In this document: positions 1 through 16,659 of the stretch, one piece after another
Layout of the letters: each line of letters opens with the position of its first letter
Position numbering within the stretch: position 1 is the stretch's first letter
DNA from: Lepidodermella squamata
Lineage: Eukaryota > Animalia > Gastrotricha
DNA: 64,000 nucleotides
Direction of reading: 5' to 3'
Assembly: GCA_047495785.1 (NCBI GenBank)
Contig: JBLDXI010000064.1
Span: 558,001-622,000 of the forward strand
Made by a program: the position numbers and the translations under genes
The notes under the pieces: generated by a model
Seen by the model: only the letters and a program-made list of their open reading frames with translations
What the model was told of the DNA's origin: nothing
Databases searched by the model: none

Positions 1-86
1 AAATAACTGATCACAACAAATCACGCGAGTCCACGTCGATAATCCGCCTAAATTGATCATTGCTATACTATTATGTGATCTAATTA

Positions 87-2073
87 CTATTTATCGTAGA
101 GAAGCCTCGAGTCATTCGGCGGGTAGTTGATCGTGTACATGCGCCCGCCAACCTTCGCCCCATCAACCGGCGCCGATTCGCAAACCGAAGTTTTCGCTGC
201 AGGTTCACATTTCGGCCCATCCAGCCCGCCGTAGTACGTCGGATTTTCAACGTAGGTCGGCGCCAATTTGCGTTCCTCCTCGCCGTCGTTGTAGTCATCC
301 TCGTCGCTGCGCAGGGTTGTGTAGTCGTTGTAGAGGCACGACGATGGAACATTCAGCGAACTCACGCGGGCTGCGTCGCTCGAAATGCAGTTCGGGTCGA
401 AGAGCGGCTGCTCGCGGACGTCACGCCGGTGGACGAAGTAGACGAGGGCGCAGTAGATGGCGAGTTGGATGAGGAAAATCACGCCCGTCATGTAGAAAAC
501 GTCATCGTGCGATTTTCGCAAATCATAGATTCCACCGGTCAGGAGAGGCCCAAGCAGCAATCCAACGCCAGAACACGTATTCGTATATCCCCACTAAAGG
601 AAAAACAAGAAAATACAAAAATTAGCTATGCCAAAGGATTCGTGGAACGCGACTGCGTAGAATGTCCTAAACCTTATTAGGTGCCCACAAGCTAATTATC
701 CTAATTGGACCCCTGTCAAGGTCTTTTGGGACGATTCAACAAATTGAGACAAATAATACTCACCGCTTGGTCCTGAGGTAGCCGAGTAATGTCGACAGTT
801 TCAGCGAAGGTGTAAACAATTGCGAAGCCAAGGAAGAACCCACTGCCAACTGATAGGCTGAGGATCATCACCCAACCAGCTTCATCAACGCTTGGCCACA
901 TGAAGTAGATAGCTGATAAGGCTAAACTTGATATTAAATTGACGACAATAAGACGGCCTTTCAGTAAATCGCCGATGAGAGACGCCCCGATGTAGGCGAT
1001 GATCTCTGAGAAACTGAGGACGGTGACTGCGAGTGACGTCACGGCGCCCTGATAGCCCTGATCTCGCATGTAAGACGGTAAATTTACGACAGGCATGTAG
1101 AACCCGAGGAAGGTTGTTAGATTGACGGCGAACCACAGGATGACCTCGGGCTTCTTCAGTTGCTCCAGTGGAACTAGTAAGCTGCCTTTCGCCTCTCGCT
1201 GCTTCATCGCCGCGTATTCAGCGTTGTCGTAGCGGGACACGAAAACCGGGGCTGTAGCAAAGGCTGTGATGAACAGCAACACGGCAGCGATGCGGAACGA
1301 TATGCGCCAGCCATAAGTTGTGACCAGTTCAGCATAAATCGGGTTGAAAATTACAGAACCTATATTTGTAAACAAACATTGAATGAATTAGATTTTACCG
1401 TGAATTTTCCTAAAATACTAAAATAAAGTAGTTCAAATATTTACGTAAAATTTTGATAATCAGAAATTCAGAAAATACCCAATGGATATCCGCAGTAGAG
1501 TATGGATGTCCCTAACACGTGATACGGGTGAGTTTTGTCGAAATAATCGATTAGGATCAGCGAACTGGCCATGTAAGTCAACGAGGTGCCGATACCCTGC
1601 AGGACCGAGTAGGCGAATACAAGCGAGTGCATGGTGGTCATGAGTGAAGACAGGACGCACGACAGCGAGCAGATGATCATGCCGCCGAATATGCAATACT
1701 GATAGCCGGATGAGTCGAACATTCGGATGAAAGAAACGGAAATAGGAGCTAGTGTCATTGAAGTAGTCATCACCAGGGTTCCGATCCAATCTAACGAAAT
1801 AATAGATGAATGATGAATTCAGTCAATCCAATTTTTGAAAAGGACTTACTTCCTTCAGTCATCGATGATCTGTTGAAATCATCGCGCAGGTCAACCAAAA
1901 ACTGAGAAAGAATAGATGAAAAGACCGGAGATGAGTTTTGGTTGAAAACTTACTTCGCCGTAAGAATAGTGAAGGCCCGAGCGAATGACAGTTACAAAGA
2001 GTACAGCGGCGCAGATGAACCACGAACGCACAAAAAGCGTCGCGCCAGTTTTGTACCAGTTATACCACAGCAT
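87..2073 (-). CDS. MFS monocarboxylate transporter-like (SLC16/MCT family), multi-exon
   Basis: Hydrophobic TM ORF segments (1891-2073, 1468-1773, 716-1375, 87-560) joined by GT-AG introns; MCT-like motifs 'YSVLQGIGTSL..LIDYFDK' and 'YGWRISFRIAA'. Confidence 0.85.
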
Positions 2074-3349
2074 ATTTTTAGTAGATAAATCACTGCCTCA
2101 TGGCCTATAGTTGCATAAGTACGAATTTCTGAAAATGTCCGCTGAAAAACAATGATTTGCCGGTAAAGAAACGTATCACGCGATGTCTGGTCGATAAAGT
2201 CTTAAGCTGTCAATTAGCATAAGCTTCAGGTGAAAACAAAGATTTTTTTCACTGCCCGGGGGCTCATCTTAGCGGTAAGTATTTGCCACTCTCAAAATCT
2301 AGTTTTTGACATTAGCTAATAAAGGGACACAAATTTCCCTTTCTAGGTGAAAAAAGTCGGAAATGCCTAAACCTACAAGGCTAATCGATAGAACTATTTT
2401 TGTTCATAAAATCTTCCTGTATTCCTACTTTATATACTCTTAGCTTCGAATTCAAACCTACTATTGCCCAAATCTTACTCTGCTTTTCAGCTTACGTCTC
2501 ATGAAGGGCGCATAGGTCGGAAGTTTGTCGACTTGCATTCAGATAATTTTTTGAACTCGGTAAGAACTGAAAGATATTGAATTCGGAATTCCTTACATTT
2601 CAAGTAGCCCTTTCAAGTATCCCAAGTGCAATTAAGTGCTAATCGAAATAATAAATTTTTGAAATGGGAAGAAATTCAGCTGAAAACAAAAAAATACCGA
2701 AAAAACCAACCCAATCAGCTCCTTTTTCGATCCAAAACCGCAAGATTTATTACAACTTGAAACTTTATCGGATCTCTACCTTGGAACTCTGTACAATTCT
2801 AGGCATGCTTCATATTAATAGCTCCAAACTGGCCTAGATTATCGGAATGAAACCGTGTCAGAGTTAACAGGTTACCGAAATACGGCAAGAGCCACTTGAT
2901 AGCCCTATTGAGCTAATGAGTGGCGGCTATCGATGATACTTCGGTGATATTATCGCGTAATGACTACTCGCGTAAGTATATGCCTGCCATCGTACGTGAG
3001 TGCGTGCGAATCGATGCGCAAAATCATCAGCCACTTTGCCTAAGGACAACAACCGCTTGAGTTGAGCATCGTCGTCGTCGTTAGTTTTCAGCCGTTAGCG
3101 GTTTTTTTCTGCCTCAGCCCTGTTTGCTTTTCACTCACTTTCTTGTTCTTCTCAAGTGTATTCTTCGGTGATATTTTTTACGGCGCAGTGAGGTGATTGC
3201 CGTATCAATGAGAGTAGAATCGATATTTACCTAGAAATTGTACAATAAGTCGTTGTCAAACATTTGTTGGTAAACATTTGCAAAAATTCGAAAGTTTTAC
3301 TTATTCACATCATCGCTGTAGTAATATAACAAACTGAAACGAAAATTAA

Positions 3350-3655
3350 TCAATTGCCACGCAAATTTCGCCTGAGTAGGTGAAAACCCTGCCGCACGCA
3401 TAGCTTGACCAGTACTGAACGGATTCGCCGCTTGTTCCAGCCTTTGAACCTCGCGACACAAAACTCCTTCATCCGCCGTTGAATCGCGTGATGGGGATTT
3501 ATCGCTAGCAGGAATTCTCTATCTGAAAAATTCTTGTAATTCTTGTGGTGACTTAAAATTATGGTATAAAACGAACCAGCTTTCGATAGCATGGAAGCAC
3601 TGGTGATTTGATGCAAAATCGTGGAAAATAACAGCAGACAAGGTAGAAAATCCAT
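3350..3655 (-). CDS. Small secreted cationic peptide precursor with one Cys-x19-Cys loop
   Basis: Signal-peptide-like MDFLPCLLLFSTILHQITSA; 54-nt phase-1 GT-AG intron 3576-3523; exon 2 encodes ...QRR-MKEFCVARFKGWNKRRIRSVLVKLCVRQG... Confidence 0.6.
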   Translation of the reverse strand: MDFLPCLLLFSTILHQITSASMLSKAGSFYTIILSHHKNYKNFSDREFLLAINPHHAIQRRMKEFCVARFKGWNKRRIRSVLVKLCVRQGFHLLRRNLRGN

Positions 3656-4525
3656 GTAATAGGCCTTGCTAGCGCACTACACTGCCACTTGAAGGCTCTT
3701 CTGCGCTGGAATCCTATTTCAGTGTCCTGAAGCACGTGCACGAACCTGGAATTTGTGGCAGATTCAGCCAGCGAGCGTTCAATTGGCTCGATCAGCTTTA
3801 CATACGTTCACACTCATGTTATTTCACGCAGTTCTGCGTCTAATATAACTCCTGTCTATGTGCGCACATAGCTGCGAGCAGCGGTTTGAATTTCTCAAAT
3901 TCCTGCGTCAGATGCCTCGAGTCATTACAGAGTCATTTCAGACAGCTTAGCTACTAGCAGAATGGCTGAGTCAAGCCGCCGCTATGATTACTAGATACTC
4001 GATAGTCTTCGAAGTGAGAAATTAAGTAGATGAAATTTCAAAATTGAAACTTCAAATTCTTAAACAAATTGAAAACTATTTAAATTTGAGCTGGCTAGTT
4101 TTCATGTCAATCTTTTATGATCTGAAGACAAACACGGTCAAGGTCACTTCACGAGTTGTACTTCAGCCAGCGATAGGCGATATCGATTCCAAGTATCGAT
4201 TTCATAAATCAGTGATTTTTTAGATAGGTACCCTGTATCAACCGTGATGTTGACTCACTGTATGAGTCCTAACATATTGAAAATTCAAATTTCTCAAAAT
4301 TCGTGAGGTTTGAAAAGAACCTTTGCTTTCCTCGAAAAAATGTCAATTTCCAAGAGGCTTTTGTTTGGTCACACCAGTCTCACACTGTATGATATACTAC
4401 AGATATAGGCTTATCAGCATTCACGCTGATTAGCTGGAACGTGGCAGATAACGAATGCATAAACTGGCACTCGCAGAAAGGCGTACACTTTACAGCCATC
4501 AGAAATAGCTGCACCATAGAAAAAA

Positions 4526-7500
4526 ATGTACCCAGTGCCTTACTATTCACCGTACAATTTGCCGTATACCAACTACACGTTCTACCAAGAACAGCCGTCA
4601 AACGCCCCGCCCTGCTGCTCAGAGGCCGTCATCGAAGCTGTCACACATCGAAAACCGCCTGTTGACTACAATCCTTACCCGCAGTCAACATTACCACCAC
4701 CCGGTCCTATCTACCCGCCTGTGCCTAGCAACGATTCATACGTGAAACAGGCAGGACCTGCCAACTACCCTCAACCTGGTTTCTACCCGCCTGGAATCAC
4801 CCCGGCTGTTACGCATGGATCAGCCTGCAATATACCAGGCTGCGCCGACTGCCGTAGTGGTCCTTGCCTGCCTTACCCTTATTACCAACAGGACCCTAAT
4901 CGGCCTTCAGTTGGCTGGGAGCCGATAACTTGGGAGCCGTACAACAACCAACTGCCCTACCCGAGCCAGCAGCCTGGTGAAGTCATTGTCCAGCGGCAAT
5001 CGAATGCAAACGCCTTACAAGCTGGAAGCGCCTCGCCGCGGTTGAGCGAAGTCCTATCCGGCTCAGCGAACGTCCTGCCCGAAAATCTGGCGAGCCCACA
5101 GAAACTCGTTAGCAAGACTTACGCTGAGGTGCGGGCGGAATGCGTGAAATCGAAACGGCTCTACGATGACGTTGAATTCCCGGCGAATAACTTAAGCATC
5201 AGCGCGTTCCGCCGACCCACCCGGCCTATTGAATGGAAAAGGCCCAAGGAGCTAGTCGCGAACCCGAAGTTCATCTTCGATGGGATGAGCCGTTTCGACA
5301 TTGTCCAGGGTGAACTCGGCGATTGTTGGCTACTGGCGGCGATGGCGAATTTAACCCTCTACCCCGAGCTGATTGAACGCGTCGTGCCGCCTGATCAGAG
5401 TTTCGACGGGCCGGGCTACAACGGAGCCTTCCGATTCAACTTCTGGGTTTACGGCCACTGGGAGGAGGTTGTCATCGACGACAGACTGCCGACGTACAAC
5501 GGGCGGTTGGTCTACATGCATTCGCAGCATAAAAACGAGTTTTGGTCCGCGCTTCTCGAGAAGGCATATGCGAAACTCGTTGGTTCGTACGATAACCTGC
5601 GCGGTGGTTCGACCTGCGAATCTATGACCGACCTCTCGGGCGGGTTCTGCGAGATTTTCGAGCTCAAGGAAAAAACTCCACCTGCTCTGGTTCAGATTTT
5701 GCAGAAGGCGAATGAACGTGGCTCGCTCATGTGTTGTTCGATCAATCAGCGGGAGAACATGCCGTCGATGGCGCAACTTCCAAACGGCTTGATCATGGGA
5801 CATGCGTACAGTGTGACGGACATTAAAAAGGTCACGTCGAGGTCTGGCGACATCAATCTGATCCGAATCAGGAATCCGTGGGGTCAAACTGAATGGAATG
5901 GAGCTTTCTCAGACAAGTCAGTCTTTTTGGAAGTTTGCAAACTTTATGACTAAACATTTTGAATAAATTGGGGAAATGTAAAAAATGTGAAAAATGTTGC
6001 ATAATATTAGAAAAATTTAGGAAAATGTTTTATGAAATTTAGGAGAATTTAGGAGAATTTAGGAAAATTCTGGAAAATATCAGAAAAATATTAAAAAATA
6101 TGGGAAATTTCAAAATAATTTTTTGATAGGACATTATGGAAAATAATCAGGAAAGGTTCTAGAAATTAAAACATTAAAAATTCAGAAAATATTCTTGTTC
6201 ATTATAGCAATAGTGGTTCGGGAAAGGAAACGGGAAATTATATCTTCAATTTTCGTGATTTCAGCTCTCCTGAGTGGCAAAAGATTTCTGAAGACCAAAA
6301 GAAGAAGATCGGCGTTAGTTTCGGCACAGATGGCGAATTCTGGATGGCCTACAACGATTTCACGTCAAATTTCGAACTTCTCGAAATGTGCAACCTTTCA
6401 TTCGACCTGCTCGGAACGCGGGAACAGCTGGAGAAGCTCACGATATCCGCTACCCAGTCGATTCGTTGCATGACCAAAGTTCGAAAATGGGAGACAACCA
6501 TTATTGAAGGCGAGTGGCGGCGATACTTCAACGCCGGGGGTTGTCGAAATTTCATTCAGAGTTTCGCTAGCAACCCGCAATACCGCATCAGACTGACAGA
6601 GTACGATGAGCATGACCCGGAGAAGTTGTGTACGGTTCTCATTGGGCTGATGCAGAAAGACAGGCGGAAGGTGAAGTCTGAAATACCAACCTTCCTAACT
6701 ATCGGCTTTTCGCTTTACAAATTGACGGAGGCCGATTGCGCGAGGCCGCTGGATCAAGGGTTTTTCGAGAGGAACGTCTCGAAGGCTAGGTCGAGCTTCA
6801 TCAATTTGAGGGAGGTTTCCGGAAGGTTCCGGCTCCCACCTGGGATCTACGCGATCATTCCATCTACATTCGAACCTAATACCGATTGCGAATTCGTGTT
6901 ACGAGTCTACTCAGAACGGAAATGCACGGCTGAGTAAGTTCAAAGTCAATTAAAGTTAGATGTAAAATTGATCAAATTTTCTCTAGTGAACTTGACACGG
7001 CTACGATGAAGGTAGCTCCTAAACCTTTACCAGTTCCATCAGCAAAGGAATCAAAGGAGACCAGCAACTTGGGATCTTTGACGGATGAACAGATACGCAA
7101 GAAAGCCATAGATGCTTTCCGTCAAGTCGCTGGTTCAGATGGCGTGGTCGATGCTTACGAATTGCAGCAGGCCATGGCTAAGAAGTTCTCGGAAATGTTC
7201 AAATTCGACGGTTTCAGCCTCGACACCGTGCGGTCGATGGTTGCCTTGAAGGACAAAGGCCTGACTGGCACGTTGAATTTGTACGAATTCATGGACTTGT
7301 ACAAAGACCTCGCCTACTGGAGCCGCGTTTTCGTGCAGTTCGATGTGAAGAAAAGCGGCAAAATGGAGGCGGTCAAGCTGCGCGACGCCCTCAGCCACAT
7401 CGGCTTAGGGCTCAGTAATAAGGTGTTTAAAACTATGGTGCTTCGATACTCGGACAAAACAGGTCGAATCAGCTTTGACGATTTCGTCAACTGCGGAATT

Positions 7501-7730
7501 CGACTTTCATGCATGCTAGGTAAAAACAGAGCTTATTTTGATTATGAAATCTCAGATTCAACTTATTTTGTATAATAGAAAAATTCAAGGCTGCGAGTGA
7601 TCCGAAAGATAAAATTCCTAAGGCAGGATTTCTTCTGGACGACGTAAGCTATTATATTAGATGAATGTTTACATTTATTTTTCAAATTTTTGTTCGATTG
7701 CAGTTTGTGATAACAACAATGTACTGCTGA
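4526..7730 (+). CDS. Classical calpain (CysPc + C2-like + penta-EF-hand) with long Pro/Tyr/Gln-rich N-terminus
   Basis: Catalytic triad motifs QGELGDCWLLAA, GHAYSV, IRNPWG; domain III 'GEW...NAGGCRN..SFASNPQY', 'IPSTFEPN'; EF-hand region 7006-7519. Approximate exons 4526-5916, 6265-6933, 6987-7519, 7579-7643, 7704-7730. Confidence 0.95.
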
Positions 7731-8044
7731 TTACCGCTGAACCTTTCCCGTCACCTCGCAATGATTTAACGCTGAAATAATATATAAAAATTAAAACAAA
7801 TAAACTTGGATCAGAATAAAAAATAGATAGCTAAATTAAGATGATACGAACAAATTGCGCGAAGAAAGACAGATACCGTACACTAAAATGTGAACGTCGT
7901 TTTGAAAAATTAGAAAAACTAATTTTTGGTGAATTATAATTGTTCGTATACGTCCTACGCCGAAACCGTGGGCTACTGTTGGAACAAATACGGTCTGTAA
8001 AGAAGGAAAAATAAAAAATAAAAATGAAAAAGTAGTTCGAGTTA

Positions 8045-8116
8045 AGGCTCAGGGGGGGATCGAACCCTCGATCTTCTGCTTACTAGGCAGACGCTCTACC
8101 ACTAAGCTACTGAGCC
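8045..8116 (-). tRNA. tRNA-Thr (anticodon AGT)
   Basis: Reverse complement GGCTCAGTAGCTTAGTGGTAGAGCGTCTGCCTAGTAAGCAGAAGATCGAGGGTTCGATCCCCCCCTGAGCCT folds as a cloverleaf; T-rich terminator downstream. Confidence 0.93.
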
Positions 8117-8774
8117 GACTCATTCAATTGCATTACTAGCCTCACTCCTGAAAAAAAATGCAGCTGAATACACGCTGATTCATTTAAACTGTTAAATCGA
8201 CATTCGACATATTTCAGACAGAACGAGCTGTTTGAAATGGCTGAAAAAATTGCACAGTGAAAGGGGTCGGGTTTCATCTTGTAGGCATCTTGCTATTGCT
8301 CCGCTTGAAATTCACTTTCAAGTTCTTCATCACGTCTCAGCATTTGTTTCTATTGAACAGCGGCGATTGAATAAGGCGATTTCTGCGAAGATGACTACCT
8401 CTATTTTTCTACCTAATTACTAATTACTAACTAACAAAAAGTATCATTCTCGGGTTTTTACAACAAAATTGAAAAGAAAATCAGCCGATTTGTAATTTTT
8501 ACTTCTACAAGTATTCTTCTAATATTTTTCTTAAGCTATTTTCTTAAGCAAGGAAAATGTGTGCTGTTAGAAACCAAAAACTATGCTGGCTACAGCGAAA
8601 ATACGAAATTGGAAAACTAAATTTAGCCGTCAGGTTAATTTATAATCAGACCTACTATACCTCCCTACTACAAAGTGCGCTGAAATAATTTACTTCCTCT
8701 CTGCTCGGTGAATAATTAAGCATTGGGGCATGAAATAAAAATAAAATAAAATGAAAAAAAACGAGAAAAAGGTC

Positions 8775-8846
8775 GGGCCTGTCCGGGATTTGAACCCGAG
8801 ACCTCTCGCACCCAAAGCGAGAATCATACCCCTAGACCAACAGGCC
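8775..8846 (-). tRNA. tRNA-Pro (anticodon TGG)
   Basis: GGCCTGTTGGTCTAGGGGTATGATTCTCGCTTTGGGTGCGAGAGGTCTCGGGTTCAAATCCCGGACAGGCCC; typical eukaryotic tRNA-Pro followed by a T-run. Confidence 0.95.
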
Positions 8847-9243
8847 TCGTGATAATACACGGCGAGATTGTGCCTTTTGTTTGTTGTCACCGCAACGCCA
8901 CAGCGACACAGCGCCGTAGTTGTCCTTGACGTAATTATAACACGACGCAAGCGGAAATTTTCATTTTTCGCATAAACGTGGCATTATAGTGCGACACGCA
9001 ATGCTTAGGATTATACCCCTGCTTATTCATGTACTTCCATTCTATAAGACAAACAACAGTGACCATTAATAACGAACCTGCTATAGTGATGGTATACGGC
9101 AGGTATTAAATGAAAAGAGCTGCTTTTGATGCGACGGTGAATTTGGCATAACTGGGTCAGTGCCAAGTGCTGTGCGCATACAGAAATGCGTTGTGTGCTC
9201 AGCTCATAAACATATTTCATTATACCACACCTGAATACACTGC

Positions 9244-9315
9244 GGCCCGTTGGTCTAGGGGTATGATTCTCGCTTCGGGTGCGAGAGGTCTCGGGTTCAA
9301 TTCCCGAACGGGCCC
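9244..9315 (+). tRNA. tRNA-Pro (anticodon CGG)
   Basis: GGCCCGTTGGTCTAGGGGTATGATTCTCGCTTCGGGTGCGAGAGGTCTCGGGTTCAATTCCCGAACGGGCCC followed by T-runs. Confidence 0.95.
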
Positions 9316-9539
9316 AACTATTTTGCTCTTTCTTTTTATTTTTTTATTTTTATTTTTTATTTATTTTCAATATTGTATCTTAGTTTTATCCCTTCGCAGT
9401 AAAATTTCTGTTTTCAAAATCCAAAATTTCAAAAAAATCAAGATTTTTATTTAAATAAAAAGACAAATGAGCGAAATAAAAAATCCTCCTTAATAATTGC
9501 TGTGATGATTATTTTTTTCTTGATTTAAAGCACCAAAAG

Positions 9540-11543
9540 ATGACCCTAATAAAGTTATCGGTAGCGGCTATTTTAATTTGTCTCATAGGTAACCGATGCT
9601 TCTTTGCTACCTTTTAGCAGTCCTTTTAGATTGATGTTTTCCAGTTGCTATTAATTGTGCTGCTGATAAGAAAAAAGAAGCTGAAGAAGGAACAGTGGAT
9701 GAAGGCGATGAAGACAACAGCGGAAATGGCACACAGCGCTACTCGCCACTTAGCGTGCTGCCGGTGGTCGGCGCGCTGGAGCAGCACGGCCTTCTCTTCG
9801 TGCCGCTCTTCGACAGCGCCCTGCTGCACTACGACGAGGACGACGAGCAGGTGTACACGGCCAGCTCGCACATTTTCCAGGCCGGACCGTTCGACTTCCC
9901 GGTTACGCTATTCGAAATATCAAGCAATGCGACAATCCTAGAAGCCCTGCCGCTGCCCGTCAATGTCACGCAAATATCGTTTTTCTACTTTCTCCGAAAG
10001 GAGTTAGTCAATTTAACGGCGCATGGCTTCCCGCTAATGGCGATTGGCAACGAATCGATGTTAATAGTGCAGGATGGGGCTCTGAAATTACTCAACGCAA
10101 CTGGCGGGAAAAAAGACATAATGACAGGTATAGAAATTTCATTTTCGACCTAACAAAAAAAATTCGGGATAGGGAAACCCAACATTTCTAACATTGATAA
10201 CAGCGCTCTAGATTTGATTGAAATTAATTGAAAATCGAACAATCGATGTTTTCAAGCCAAAACACTAGAGAATTTCAGAACAATTCAGAAAATTCCTCAC
10301 ACTCGACTTTTTCCTTGTTAACAGTCAAATTGGCTAAAAAAACTCGGCTCTTATAATAATCTTTTTTTCAGGAATAAAGCCCGGCTGGAACATAGCAGTG
10401 ATCGATAAAATTCGTGAAATTTTAGGAGACACACCTCCCGTGTTAACGTTGATGCTGAATCTGGCATGTCTTACTTACTACCACGATTCCGTGAATTTGA
10501 AAACGCCGGAAATGCTCGCCCTCATCCAGTGCACGTGCCGTAGCATCGGCTTCTGCCGTTTAGTCAACGCGTACCAGGGCCCAGCGCCAGACCACCTCAT
10601 CGGATACTGGCCACTCGACGCCCAGTCTCATCTGGACGAGTTCGCGTATGATGAGAAACCGCTCGAGGCGAGCAAACTCGCATTCGTCGACAAAGACGAA
10701 CCCGGTCCATATGGCGAGAAAGCGACTTCAATCGGGATCAAGGGCAAAAAGCCGGGCCAAGTCGCTGCGTACTGCCTAACAAACAAATTGAACATGGAAA
10801 TAGGTTTCACATTCAGTCTTCACTTCAACCTAGGCAAGCAATCGAACCAAATGAACCCGGTTGTCTTCGTAGCCCCTGATACGTCCTCCCTTCTAATAGT
10901 TTCGTTCAAAAAGAAGACAGGCCTCATTTTGAAGTTTGTATCAGCTAGAGGGACTAAGGATGTCACGCTGTTGAAAACCGTGCCTGATAAGCAGTGGATT
11001 TTCATAGCGATCGTACTGTCTCAAGAACGAGGCGTTACCTTCTACTACAGAATCGACGATGGCGAGTTATTATCCACCGAATTCCGCCGAGTCCCGTCCT
11101 TCATCGTAGTGCCAGACCGCGAATTCTGGATGGTTCTCGGCAAAATCGATGTCGGCGATCGATTGGCATGCGTTCAGGTGCATGACGCGATTTTGACGGA
11201 GGAGGAGGTTCAGTTTCTACCCTGCGTCTGCCAGGAGAAGGGCCTGTGCTACGCCGCGTTGGCTATGAACCGGTTGCTAGATTTTACGGACGCATTTTTC
11301 AATGTGACTAAACGAAGTTTAGGGCATCATCGGCGGTATTTCATCGAGTCGAAATGCGGCTCGAATAATAGCACGAATTCGACAAAGCCGAGGAAGAAGC
11401 CTGGCAGAGGTGACGTGGTGGAAGAACCGGCAAAGTCGAGAAACAAGACAAAACCTGTGAAGCAAATGTCCGCAACTGGGTCGGTTACGGTTTTTATCGA
11501 ACGTTCTCTAATTCTTGTTTTATTTGCTCTTGTTTACAAATAA
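9540..11543 (+). CDS. Secreted/surface protein with concanavalin-A/LamG-like domain(s), probable GPI-anchor or C-terminal hydrophobic tail (copy 1, complete)
   Basis: Exons 9540-9588, 9645-10127, 10372-11543 splice in frame; signal peptide MTLIKLSVAAILICLIVAINCA; LamG3-like motifs 'LIGYWPLD', 'GFTFSLHF', 'QWIFIAIV', 'VQVHDAILTEEEV'; hydrophobic C-terminus. Confidence 0.7.
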
Positions 11544-11731
11544 ATTATAGTCTTAATTCCGATCGGAGAGCAACTATTATCTGTTATCTGAATTGCCAAA
11601 TGATCAACTCAACCGCCATTAAAACTAGCTCTCCAGCGACATTTTTGGTAGCATTAACAATTTTAATAAGGCTGGTCAAGTGTTTTCAACGTTTTGCATT
11701 CTTGCTGGTCACTGGCATCCGAGACTGCAGT

Positions 11732-15643
<3,912 letters not shown>

Positions 15644-16619
15644 AGGCAGGAATTTGAGAGTCTAGAGTCTTTATCCCATAAATGTCTTTATCCCATGCCC
15701 AAGTGACCCATAAATCTAAATTTCGTAATTTTGAAGCGGATTACTCGTGACGTTGTTTTTATGCATATGACGCTTCATTCTCATCGGCAATCGTCAAAAA
15801 GTACGAAAATTCACTTTCTCATGTCTTCTAGCTCAGAATACAGAGACCAAATAAAAAATGGACACTTTTCATGGCTTGAAACATGAAAACTTGCGCCTGC
15901 ACAATTTCGGGCTCTGTGAGACGTGGGTGATGAAAGGCGACCCAGGACCCATGGCAATTTTGGGGAAAGGGTGACCCAAATGACCCATCGACCCATTTGA
16001 CGCGACCCATTCTCATCTCTGATAGACTGTTAGGGATAACAGTAGGCGGGATCCAGGCTTCAAAGCCCTAGTAGCTTTCAGTGTCGAAGCCTAGTATTAG
16101 CTTTAGAAACATTCGCCTGAGAAAAATTGCTTAAATTCAAAACAGAAAAAGGCGGAATGAAGAGGGGAGGAATATCACGAAATATGCTAGCATCTTTGAA
16201 CTCGGCGCACTCGTACCGCCATGTCGCGTGATGGCGGCGGCTTACATTTTTTTCTGTTAACCGGCGAATCAGACAATTTTAATCATGCATTAGCCGCTTT
16301 ACAGGCAGACGCGCGCTTGTGTACACGTAAGCCCAGCTGCCAACATAGCCGCGCTAGTAGAGCCATGGCCGATATTATGCAGACCTATAGCATCGTCCGG
16401 TTTATTTACAATTTATACATCAATTTTCCGCTACCATAGAATCCCGAGTCCTCATGGTATATCAAATTGATTATTGGTTAGTTCACATCTGTTAAATCTT
16501 CAATTATTCTTTAATCTATCGTTTTTGTTGTCGTTAGTAGTGATATCATAGTAGTAAAAACTTACTAAGTACGTAACTGACCAACTACGTACTAACCACG
16601 TAAGAACGACACGTAAAGA

Positions 16620-16620
<1 letters not shown>

Positions 16621-16652
<32 letters not shown>

Positions 16653-16659
16653 GACTACC
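16621..16659 (+). repeat. (ACT)n microsatellite
   Basis: actactactactact... about 12 units. Confidence 0.9.

Noticed and set aside
5351-5887. 178-aa antisense ORF in calpain and similar antisense ORFs (e.g. 24422-24946, 23072-23461)
   Set aside because: Shadow frames of GC-rich coding exons with no independent motifs.
6035-6065. TTAGG units as interstitial telomeric repeat
   Set aside because: The units are parts of a 10-bp TTTAGGAGAA repeat, not contiguous (TTAGG)n.
8690-9454. ORFs 8690-8950 and 9167-9454 sharing WSRGMILA.GARGLGF
   Set aside because: The similarity is just translated tRNA-Pro sequence.
16030-16047. TAGGGATAACAG resembles the I-SceI recognition site
   Set aside because: Only 12 of 18 bases match, and the paralogous intron has CGGGATAACAGG (~28395), so it is native intron sequence.
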